A stretch of 64,000 bases of DNA, from NCBI RefSeq assembly GCF_006345805.1, contig NC_043021.1:27156001-27220000 (forward strand). Reading direction: 5' to 3'. Under the pieces are notes generated by a model. It searched no databases, had not been told where the DNA came from, and saw only the letters and a program-made list of their open reading frames with translations. Positions 38,060-49,808 of the stretch are shown one piece after another. The DNA comes from Octopus sinensis (taxonomy: Eukaryota). Both the position numbers and the translations under genes were made by a program. Numbering within the stretch: position 1 is the first letter of the stretch; each line of letters opens with the position of its first letter.

Positions 38060-38340
38060 TCTCCGTTTTTTTCCCGTCCTTTTATTTCGTATACATTCGC
38101 TGCTTTCTTCCAAGGAATGTAATGCTATTTGCTTAGTTTTTCCTTGGGGCTGGCCAGATTGGAGCAATCTCGAGTATAACCAGCCGCAATTGCAAAGATA
38201 ATCTGGAACTCGACTGAGGAAAGAAAATTCCGAATGACCCGTCCTTGTTTTCTCTGTATCGTCTATCTGGATGTTTTGTTGTCCCTTTTTTGTACCATCT
38301 AACTGTCTGGATGTTTTGCGTTCTTGTCCCATTTTTGTAT
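38060..38340 (+). repeat. Interspersed repeat ending in (TA)n; second copy at about 40660-40900 on minus
   Basis: Shared TTCCTTGGGGCTGGCC..GACTGA.GA..TGACCCGTC..GCGTTCTTGTCCCA; class uncertain, possibly pseudo-LTR-like. Confidence 0.65.
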
Positions 38341-39509
38341 TATATATATATATATATTTCCTTTTCATATATTGAATCGAACTGGTGGTGAATAAAATTT
38401 GTTCTACCAATAGTTGATCGTTGTTTATTCAAGAAATGAAAGAAAACCTGTGAACCTCGAAGTTATTTGGACTTTGAATAGTTTCCATTCCATCTGTTGC
38501 TCACCAATGGTTGTAAAGGTTGATTTATAGCGTAAAATATAGATTTATAATTTTAAACAAAAACTGACGCAAATATACACAAATTCAGAGCGAGGAGGAC
38601 ATTTATTTGATTCTGGTATTGAAAGTCAGAATCGAACCTGCTAGAGTCAGAGAAAACATTTAGTTCGGTGCTGGGCCGTCTTAGAAGTATTATAAGCCCC
38701 ACCCACGGGGTGAATCAGTACACCGAGCCTTGTGGTATTGATTTATTGGCAACAAGCCACAGCATACATAGATGAGAATCGGGCCCCTAGACCCGTGAGA
38801 CCCCAGACAAATCAATGAAGCGGACCCTACAACATTCGTTTATTGACGGTAAACCACAGAATACTTAGGTCAGAATTATGTCCCAGGTCCTGTGAGGTCC
38901 CTGGCCAACTGCCCAGTCTGCCTATATCTTCAGACAACAAAATTTCGGTGGTCTACATTTACTGTTTTCTGTCGCTGCTCTTTTTTTGGTGGTCGTAAAC
39001 ATTGTTGTGATTATGTTTGGGAAAACCTTGCACTTTACACTTCAATTTTCAAGACCAACAGAAATTTCCATAAGAAAATCTTCTACAAATTTCCTGTGAA
39101 TCTTCGCCGTTTTTTCTCCCAAGCACTTCATATAAATATATTCAGGCGATCACACTTTCGAAATAGTTTCTGAAATTGAGGATAATTTTCCTTACCAGCC
39201 CGGCTGTATGGTTCAGAAGCTTGCTTCATAACCACGTGGTTTTGGGTTCAGCCCCACAGCGCGACACCCTGCCTCGGTTGGTTCAAATGCCTTCTACTAT
39301 AGCCCCTACCCGACCAAATAACTTTGGGGGTTAATTTTGATAGACGGAAAATGTGTGGAAGCCTGTTTTACGTATACCAAAACAAGAACGATTCAGGGAA
39401 GATTTGCAAGGAAGATGCGCAGGTTCGTGAAGCGTAAGCTTAGCTGTGTGGTTAAGAAGCTTGCCTCCCGACCATGTGGTCTTCGGTTCAGTTCCACTGA
39501 AAAGAAAAT

Positions 39510-39740
39510 ACAGGAGGGTTAGTTAATTATGATTTTATTCAACATGTTCCTCCCTCAGATTCACACACTTATTGCAGTGGCCCTTCAGAATTTCTGAGCC
39601 CTGTAAAAGAACTCGGAAGGCTGGGCCACTCACCAGGCCTTTCGCTACACCCTTAAAGTCGGGAACAATGATTTAACTCGCCGCCATTACATTGCTTTCC
39701 TGAGAAGTGATCTTGGAAACATCGGCCATTAAGGTGTTTA
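39510..39740 (-). mobile_element. Mariner 3' end fragment
   Basis: QPSEFFY..KCVNLREEHVE* followed by a TIR-like end and TA. Confidence 0.6.
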
Positions 39741-39964
39741 CAACTTAATTACAAGTAAAAGCGCCAAGACACGATCACAACATGAAACGGTTTGCCAAAA
39801 AACATACATTCCCTTCTCATGAGCAGCAACACATTAAAAAATCTCACAACAAACACAAAATCTCGTAACTTCTGCAAGATTTTCCAATATGACCTCTCTC
39901 TCTCTCTCTCTCACACACACACATACAGTCACATCCACACATACACCCAAACATACGTACGTAT

Positions 39965-40004
<40 letters not shown>

Positions 40005-40326
40005 ACACACACGTACACACACACACACACACACACACATAATACAAGCGCTATGCTTTCTATTGAGGACTAGGAAATACTTCACGCCTGATCACTTGCT
40101 TACGCATTACAGGGTACAAATACGACTCACATCAGAGTACAGCTCACGTATCTATAATAGGGCTGCAGCTGCATTTCCGAGATCACACCCAAAATAAAGT
40201 CAACCAGCAAAGTTGTAAAGACTCACCCACCAATATCCTGAAGACATTCATTTGCACCTATACGGATCCCCCCCGCCTCTCTCTGCTTAAAAAAAATTTT
40301 TTTCGACTAAAGCTACCCAAACTGTC

Positions 40327-40382
<56 letters not shown>

Positions 40383-41145
40383 GGAGCCCGTTCTTTGTCT
40401 CCGACAAAATTAAGCACGCGCAGCGCGTGCTCACACACCCTTCGGATGGGCCAAATATCACGAAGTCTGACTTCATATTGTGATCTGTGAGCATAATCGG
40501 TGGCTTCTATAGTTGCACTAACCGAATTTTTATGCTTTGTAACTTTTGGACCATTCTACAGGTGTGTGTGTGTGTATAATACATGCATATGTATATATAT
40601 ATATAATATATACATATATATATATATATGTATAGAAATTAAATATATAAAATATAAATTACAAAGTGGGACAAGAACGCAAAAACACACAAAGAGACGA
40701 CACAAAAAAACAGACGGGTCACTCGAAGCCTCTAATCTTCAGTCGGGAACCGGATCATCTTAGTAATTTCGGCTGTTTAATCTCGATATTACTCCGAACC
40801 GGCCAGCCCCAAGGAAATTCCAAGCCACAGGCATTGGATTTCTTTCTTGGAAAGAGGATCGAATGTATACGGAACAAAGAGAGGATGCCATACGAATATA
40901 AATACAAGAAACAAATATATATATAAAAAACAGAAATAAAAAACACGAAGGTGGACAGTACAAGGACAGGGGCGTCTTACGACTTTGGACAATTTTTAAC
41001 TTATCTTGGCTGGCGTATATGAAAAAGGCCTTTACGGCAAAAACGAAAACAATATATATATATATATATATTTTACATGTGTATATATACATATATATAC
41101 CATGTTTGTGTATGTGTGACTTTGCGTGTGTGTGAATATATATAT

Positions 41146-41202
<57 letters not shown>

Positions 41203-41888
41203 CATAACACACACACACGCACATATACATATATACTGGTCGACTTTCCACGCCATATACAATCAAGTGGAAAATATGTTAATTCCAGATCAGAAATGTT
41301 CAGCAAATGCAAATATATGGACAAATTTCTTTTGGCAAATTGGAGACCATCACCTTCTCAGCTATATCACAGACTTTAGACCCCTTCCGTTGATTCTACA
41401 CCATCTAGCCTTATCACTCTACGTTCAGAGGAGACATAACTCTAATTCGTTTTTCCCTCCTTTTTTTCATCCACCTCCATCACAGTTTTTCTCGTGATTT
41501 CTCTGTTTCTATCATCTTGATTTATAGAGGTCCTTGTACTTGCAGTCTGAAGATTACTTCAAGGCACAAGGCATGTTTTAAAACCTGCCTGGATAATATC
41601 TTCGCTCATAACTACATACTCGTTTACTCTTTTACTTGTTTCAGTCATTTAACTGCGGCCATGCTGGAGCACCACTTTTAGTCGAATAAACCACTAAGTG
41701 CCGAACCGCTAAGATATGGGGGTGCAAACATATATATATATATACATATATATACGGCGGGCTTCTTTCAAATCCACTCACAAGGCTTTGGTCAGCCCGA
41801 GGCTATAGTAGAAGACACTTTCCCCCAAGGTGCCACGCAGTGGGACTGAACCTGAAAGCAAACTTCTTACCACACAGCCACACCTGCG

Positions 41889-41929
<41 letters not shown>

Positions 41930-42377
41930 TATATATATATTATATATACAGTGTACATTAAACAATATTTATCTCTCACCAGATGGTGTACTTTTTTGTT
42001 GTTGATCTTAGACCTTACCTTAACGAAAAAGTAAACCACACACACACACACACACATAAACGATAATTGTATTTATTACCCGTTTCCAAAACGTAATTGT
42101 TTAAATTTTGCTTCTTTTTCATTTTTCTTTTCTGTTTCAGTCATTGGACTGAGGCCATGCTAGAGCACCGCCTAGAAAGGTTTAATCGGAAAAATCGACT
42201 CCAGTATTTTTGTTTTCATTTTTAAAGCCCGGTACTTATTATATCGGTCTGTTTTGTCGAAGGTTTACGGGGTTGTAAACAAACCAACGCAGGTTGTCAA
42301 GCGGTGGTAGCACCAAATACAAACATACACTCATTTTGCTTTGTTGTGCTTTTTCTCGTTTATATTCATTACCCAAC

Positions 42378-42517
<140 letters not shown>

Positions 42518-43393
42518 ATGTCCTCTTGTCTGCTTCCAAATGTGTTGAGTGTCACTTTCTTTCGTTTCTCCACTCATAACTATCTTTTATCTTTTGCTCG
42601 TTTCAGTCATTAGACTATGGCCATGCTGGGGCACCGCTTTAAGGAATTTCAGGTTACGGGGACGTAAGCACACTGACACCTGTTATCAAGCAGTGGTGGA
42701 GAACAGACACACACACAATATTTTTGGACTAATGGGTATATAAGTCGATTAGTGTGTTGAAGGGTTTGGTAGAGCACTGGCACAGTTTAGGGCTACCTGG
42801 GGTCACCGGCAGTCGGGAGATATGTCCGTGGGATCTACTTCAGGAACTCCGCAGTGTTAGTTGAAATAATAATAAATTTCTTAAGTAGATGGATTTGGTA
42901 TGAACCTTTATTTTGTACAAGGGTCGTTTTGACCCATCTTGCTACTGTCCCTTATTACGGGTGGGACTCCGTTCAACATGTGTTGCATCCATTATGCAGT
43001 CTGGGTCTCATCAGGTACATCCATACGTAATATATGTCTGTCTGGTTAGGGAATCCCTAACCAGACTGCAGTCGAACAACATGACGGCCAAAACTCAGGA
43101 TCTTTAGCGAGACACAACTTTTTGTATGGCTCTACGTGATGTGACCCACACTGCAAAATGGATGCACCCATAAGGGACAGTAGCAGGGTGGGTCGATTAA
43201 TACCAAATCCATTTCCTGGTTACTTAAGAAATTATTAGGCGTGGCTGTGTGGTAAGAAGCTGGCTTCCCAACCACATGGTTTCCGGTTCAGTCCCACTGC
43301 GTGGCACCTTGGGCAGGTGCCTTCTGCTATAGCCTCGGGTCGACCAAAGCCTTGTGAGTGGATTTGGTAGATGGAAACTGAAAGAAGCCCGTC

Positions 43394-43458
<65 letters not shown>

Positions 43459-43892
43459 TGTGTGTGTGTATGCATGTCTTTGTGTCTCTGTTCGTCCCCC
43501 TCAACATCGCTTGGCATTGGTGTGCCTATGTCCCCTAAACTTAGCGGTTCGGCAAAAGAAACCGATAGAATAAGCACTAGGCTTACAGAGAATAAGTCGA
43601 TTTGTTCGACTAAAGGTGGTGCTCCAGCATGGCCGCAGTCAAATGACTGAAACAAATAAAAGAATATATAATACGACAGGCTTCTTTCAGTTTCCATCTA
43701 CTAAAGTTCACTACCAAGGCTTTGGTCGGCCTGAGGCTATGGTAGAAGACACTTGCCCAAGGTGTCACACAAGGGTACACACACAAACACTATAATCTCG
43801 TATTCATTGACCCCTATCAAAATTTTGTTCGTGTATTTATTTTTATTGATGAAACCATTAAAAATATGTATCTTCCACGTCATGCACGCGCG

Positions 43893-43924
<32 letters not shown>

Positions 43925-45049
43925 TGTATGTATGTATGTATGTATGTATGTATGTATGTATGTATGTATGTATGTGTGTGTATGTATGTATGTATATGAA
44001 TGTATATATGTGCATATGTATGTGTCTCACTAATCATATCTGTCGGGCATGTGGAATTACAACCGTGTTTCGTGGTCTGCTACCACAACAGCCCCTTTAT
44101 AGGATCCAGTTAGCACAAGACATCATCGGGAGGAACCACGTCCGGTTTCGGCCCCTACTCCTCTACCGTTTTGACGTGGTGCCCCCCACCCCCACCCCTT
44201 CGGAGGTGTCTTCAGCTCTGGTGTTGGGTGCATATCTTCTTTCTTCTTCTTTCTCCTGTTCCCTGGCCTCTTCGTGGAAGAGAGTGAAATTCAGCAGGAG
44301 GACTTAAACGACATGCAAAGGTACATGAAGCCCAGTTACAACTACAGCCGGCTATTACCAGTAAAGGTTTTGGTTACCGATTCTGTACCAGACATTGTAG
44401 ATCTTTGGCTGGGCTAAAAAGTCACATTCGATCACAGCACCAGTAACAGTTAAGCTTCGTGCAATGGCCATACTCGATAACGAGGGGGCAGCCATCATAT
44501 TCGTCTGTAGACAATTTACGATTGAAATATTTGAAAAAGCACAGAGTTGTCTCCCTTAGACCATTCGTTTTTGTTTGTTTTACTCCCCCCCCCATTCATA
44601 GTGGCTTTGATAACATTTCTCCGATGGACCCTTCAATGACTTCGCCATCGTCGCCATCACTCATCATACGCTTTTTCCAGAACGTTGATGATATTTCAGC
44701 AAGAATGTTCCCGATTGAACGCCAGTCCTCCTATCGGTTGTCTTTCACGGTTCACTGGCATGAGCGCCTTTTACAGGTCACTGTGCCACTGACCTGTTTC
44801 ATGCGCCACAGGTATGGGATGCCTTCCAAATGTTTGCCTCGATCACGATTTCAATTAACTTGAAATGTCTTAAGCACAACAAATTGCCGTATACAGGCGT
44901 GGCTGTGTGGGAAGCTTGCTTCCCAACTGCATGGTTCCTGGTTCAATCCCACTGCATGGTAGTTTGCGCAAGTGTCTTCTACTGTAGCCTAGGGCCGACC
45001 AAAGCCTTATAAGTGGACTTGGTAGACGGAAACTGAAAGAATCCCGTTT

Positions 45050-45102
<53 letters not shown>

Positions 45103-45316
45103 GTATATTTGTGTGTGTCTGAGTTTGCCCTTCCAATATTGGTGTTTATGTCGCCATAACTTAGCAGTCCAGCAAAAGAGACTAGTAGAATAAGTAATAG
45201 GCTTATAAAGGATAAGTCCTGGGCTTATAAAGAATAAGTCCTGGGGTCGATTTATTCAACTAAAGGTGGTGCTCCAGCAAGGCCACAGTCAAATGACTGA
45301 AACAAGTAAAAGAATA

Positions 45317-45351
<35 letters not shown>

Positions 45352-46139
45352 AGTGTGTGTGTGTGCTTATGTGTCCATAACTTAGCAGTTCAACAAAAGA
45401 CTCCAATAGAATAAGTGTTAGGCTTACAAAATAAGTCCTGGGGTTGATTTCTTTGACTGAAACCATTTAAGGTGGTGCTCCAGCATGGCTGTAGCCAAAT
45501 GACTGAAACAAATAAAGATATTTAAAAAAATACTCATATGACAGGCTTCTTTCAGTTTCCATCTGCTAAATCCACTCACAAGGTTTTGGTCAGTCCAAGG
45601 CTATAATAAAAGACTTCTTGCTTAAGGTGCCATGCAATGGGACTGAACCTGCAACCATACGGTTGGGAAGCAAGCTTCTTACCACAGCCACAACTGCATC
45701 TCAATGATTTCTCATATTTTTGTTTTGTTTTGTTTAATTTTCAAACTGCAGGAGTGATTGTGTGGTAAGAAACTTGCTTCCTAACCACATCGTTCCAGGT
45801 TCAGTCCCACCTTGGGCAAGTGTCTTCTACTATAGCCTTGGGCCGACCAAAGCCTTGTGAGTGGATTTGATAGACAGAAGCCTGTCATATATATGTATGT
45901 ATATATATATATGTGTGTGTCTGTGTTTGTTGCCCCACCATCGCTTGAGAACCGATGTTGGTGTGTTTACGTCCCCGTAACTTAGTGGTTCAGCAAAAGA
46001 GACTGATAGAATAAGCACTAGGCTTACAAAGAATAAGTTCTGGGGTAGATTTGTTCTACTAAAGGCAGTGCTCCAGCATGGCTGCAGTCAACTGAAACAA
46101 GTAAAAAGAATAAAAGAATTATTTAGAGTTATTTTGAAT

Positions 46140-46145
46140 TTTATT
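46140..46145 (-). promoter_or_regulatory. Candidate RFT1 polyadenylation signal AATAAA
   Basis: TTTATT on + strand about 80 nt past the stop, just before a SINE cluster; unverified. Confidence 0.45.
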
Positions 46146-46224
46146 ACAGAAAAATAAATTCGTGTATTTGATGATGTTGGTTGAGGTTTCAATTCCACTT
46201 GTGAATTTACTTGAATTTTGATTG

Positions 46225-46413
46225 CTATCTTGTTTTCTTTTCATCTAATTTGGACTCTGGTTCCTTTGTCTGTGATTTATACTGTTGCCAGATAAAACTG
46301 ATGGAGTCTTTCTCTAATATGATAACAGTTAATAGATTGGCAAGTAGACAGGTGCCGCCAATGACAACATGTACCAACCGATAGACGGGGCCTTTATCAC
46401 AACAGAATAAAGT
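46225..46413 (-). CDS. RFT1: RFT1 last coding exon (189 nt incl. TAG): [62 protein letters not shown]
   Basis: Acceptor ttttcag|ACT; LFCC..G..RLVH..GG.CL motif; TAG at 46227-46225. Confidence 0.93.
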   Translation of the reverse strand, partial: TLFCCDKGPVYRLVHVVIGGTCLLANLLTVIILEKDSISFIWQQYKSQTKEPESKLDEKKTR

Positions 46414-46817
46414 CTGAAAAACAAAAGAAAGAAAATGAGATATTTATTGGTGAAAACAAATTTTGTTGGAAGTTGAAAACAAGACATCAAGGAACATTGG
46501 ACATAGATGAGGGTTTTGTGGATCAGATGGGGTTTGAAAAGCTACAAATTTTGACTTTCATAGACACAGACATAGCTGAATGGTTAAGAAGTTTGCTTCG
46601 AAACCCTGTGATTTTGGGTTCAGTCCCACTGCATGACACCTTGGGAAAATATCTTCTACTATAGCTATGGGTCAACAAAGGCTCAGCGGTGGTGCCCCAG
46701 CATGGCCGCGGCCTTCGGGATAAAGCATTTTTAAGGATTTAAGGAATAGATTTAGCAGACAGAAACCAGAGAAAGCCTGTCAGGTGTGTGTGTGCGTGTG
46801 CGTGCGTGCGTGCGTGT

Positions 46818-46865
<48 letters not shown>

Positions 46866-49765
46866 TACATCACAGGATGATTAGGAATCAGCATTATCTC
46901 CATACAAGTGATATTCATTTCCAATCTTTTTTGTGAAAGACATGTTTGGCCACATTAAATCTACCACAACAAATTCTGTCTGACCCATGCAAGCATGGAA
47001 AAGTTGACATGATGATGATGATGATACGAATTATTGTAACAGGTAGAGGTAAAGGTCCACCAAGGTTCAGTCCTCAGCCCTCTCCTATTTATCATAGTCC
47101 TCCAGGCAATAACAGAGGAATTCAAGACAGGATGCCCCTGGGAGCTCCTATATGCTGACGACCTTGCTCTAATTGCTGAGTCACAATCAGAACTAGAGGA
47201 GAAGTTTCAGGTGTGGAAGCAAGGATTAGAATCGAAGGACCTTAGAGTCAACCTAGCTAAAACCAAAGTCCTAATATGTAGGAAGGCAGGCAAATCACAA
47301 ATCCCTTCAGGTAGATGGCCCTGCTCAATCTGTAGAAAAGGCATAGGTAGAAACGCCATAACATGCACCCAGTGTAAGCTATGGATACATAAGAGGTGCA
47401 GTAATATCAAAGGAAGGCTAAGCAGGAAGATAGTTTTTGTATGTGGCAGATGCTCAGGAGCAATAAACACTGGAAATGTGCAGAGACCAACTTCGGCCAC
47501 ATTCCAAGGAGAAAAACTAGAAGTAGTTGATAGCTTCCATTACCTAGGTGACCAAGTCAGTAGCAGGGGTGGATGTGCTGAAAGTGTAACTGCTAGAGTA
47601 AGAATAGCCTGGGCAAAGTTCAGAGAGCTCTTACCTCTGCTGGTGACAAAGGGCCTCTCGCTCAGAGTAATAGGTAGACTGTATGACGCTTGTGTATGAA
47701 CAGCCATGCTACATGGCAGTGAAATATGGGTGGTGACTGCTGAGGACATGCGTAAGCTTGCAAGGAAGGAAGCCATTATGCTCCACTGGATGTGTAATGT
47801 CAGTGTGCATACCCGACAGAGTGTGAGTGCCCTGAGAGAAAAGTTGGGCATAAGAGGCATCAGATGTGGTGTGCAAGAGAGACGACTGCACTGGTATGGT
47901 CATGTGGTGTAAATGGAGGACAGCTGTGTGGAAAAGTGCCACACCCAAGCAGTTGTGGGAACTTTTGGAAGAGGTAGACCCAGGAAAACCTGGGATGAGG
48001 TGGTGAAGCACGACCTTTAAACATTAGGTCTCACCAAGGTAATGACTAGTGACCGAGACCTTTGGAAATATATATTGTACTTGAAGACCGGCAAATCAAG
48101 TGAGACCATAACCCATGGCCTATGCAAGCGGTGTAACCACCCGTGTCAGTGGAATGTTAAAGTACTATCTTAACGTGATCATTGTCAGGTCCGTTGACTG
48201 GCTCCCATGCCGGTGGCACATAAAAGTGTGAGCATTATCAGCACTACCTTATTGGCACTTGTGCCAGTGGCATGTGAAAAACAACATTTGAGTGAAGTCG
48301 TTGCCAGAGCCGCTGGACTGGCTCCTGTGCAGGTGGCACATAAAAAACACCATTTGAGCATGGCCATTGCCAGTACCGCATTACTGGCCCTCGTGCCGGT
48401 GGCACATAAAAGCACCCACTACCCGTTCGGGGTGGTTGGCATTAAGAAGGGCATCCAGCTGTAGAAACTCTGCCAGATCACACTGGAGTCTGGTGCAGCC
48501 ATCTGGTTCGCAAGTCCTCAGTCAAACCGTCAAACCCAGGCTAGCATGGAAAGTGGACATTAAACGATGATGATGATGATGATGAATTTATTATTAAAAT
48601 TCAGGGAACCTGGTCGTGGTTTGAATTGGTAAAAGATAATCTTTGAAAGTTTGTTGAAAATATGAAATTACAATATTTTGAGCACTCGTCTTTGTTTGAC
48701 TCTTCCTGTATTAAATCATCTGTGACTGCACCTGCGTCTATGATACGTATTTTATGCTCTAGAGTGATATCAATCAATCATCATTATGATGGGTTCCTTT
48801 CAGACTCCATCTACCAAATCCACTAACAAGGATTTGATTGGCCAGGGGCTATAGTTGATGGAACTTGCCCAAAATTCTTAACCAAAAATGTTTCTCTCAT
48901 GGTTTCAAGTGCATAGGGAAACAAAAAAATTGGCCAAAACCAGTCCAGGCCTCAGCAGTGATGAGTGGTGGGACTGAAAAAAAAAAATTCATAAATTTTC
49001 AAACATTTTCCTTTTTTTTTTGTGAAAAGGCAGGTGAAAAAAAGGTGTAGTGCTGTGTAGTGGAATTTATCCTGAAATCATGTGATTGAGAAACAATTTT
49101 CTAACCACCTGGCCATAAATGGATATATAAATGAACTTTTCTATATAAGCTCACCTCTGACAGACAGGTAAAACAGAACGATATACAGAAACCAATCAAT
49201 ATGAGAGGTCGAATTAACAAGGCACGAAGAGGTTGGACGGAACCATCTTGGAAATATTTCCAAATAAACCTGGCACTGCAACACAAAGAGAAAGACAATT
49301 AGTTTACAATGAGAAACAAGTGAAGCAGCGATCAACATGAATGGTGTCAATGACAATTATGGAAAGATAAAACCGACCAAACAGTAACATGGTCGAAGAG
49401 ACCGAAAGCAATGTATCTGAAGAAGAGAAATAAAGCACAGGGTGAAAGGTTCACGGAGATTAACAATACTACAACCACCTATGCAGGCACAGGGGGCCCA
49501 CTGCGTGGCACTTTGGGTAGGTGTCTTCCGCTATAGCCTCGAGCCAACCGAAGCTTTGTGATTGAATTCGGTAGGTGGGAGTTACTGCCGTGTGTGTATG
49601 TGTGCATGTAGCTGCTCAGTGCCTCTCCGAAAGAGAGAGAGAGAGGGATATATATATTCATATTCAAACAGACAGATGGATAGAGAGATCAGGCAGATAT
49701 AGAAAGATTTATATCACTATCCAAATTTGCTTTTATCAAAAGAGAGTGAAGGATGGACAGAGGGA

Positions 49766-49808
<43 letters not shown>

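Noticed and set aside
38195-38250. Hammerhead in the 38.1-38.3 kb / 40.7-40.9 kb repeat (CTGA(G/A)GA..GA(A/G)TGACCCGTC)
   Set aside because: GAAA is absent in both copies and stem I pairing is inconsistent between them; needs a family consensus.
40150-40240. Minus-strand GAAA-TGCAGCTGCA palindrome resembling hammerhead stem III
   Set aside because: No recognisable CUGANGA core or NUH site; at most a heavily decayed relic.
44030-44860. ORFs 43753..44307 and 44459..44863 as a gene or LTR-retrotransposon gag
   Set aside because: No motif I can identify and stops in the candidate minus frames; left unannotated.
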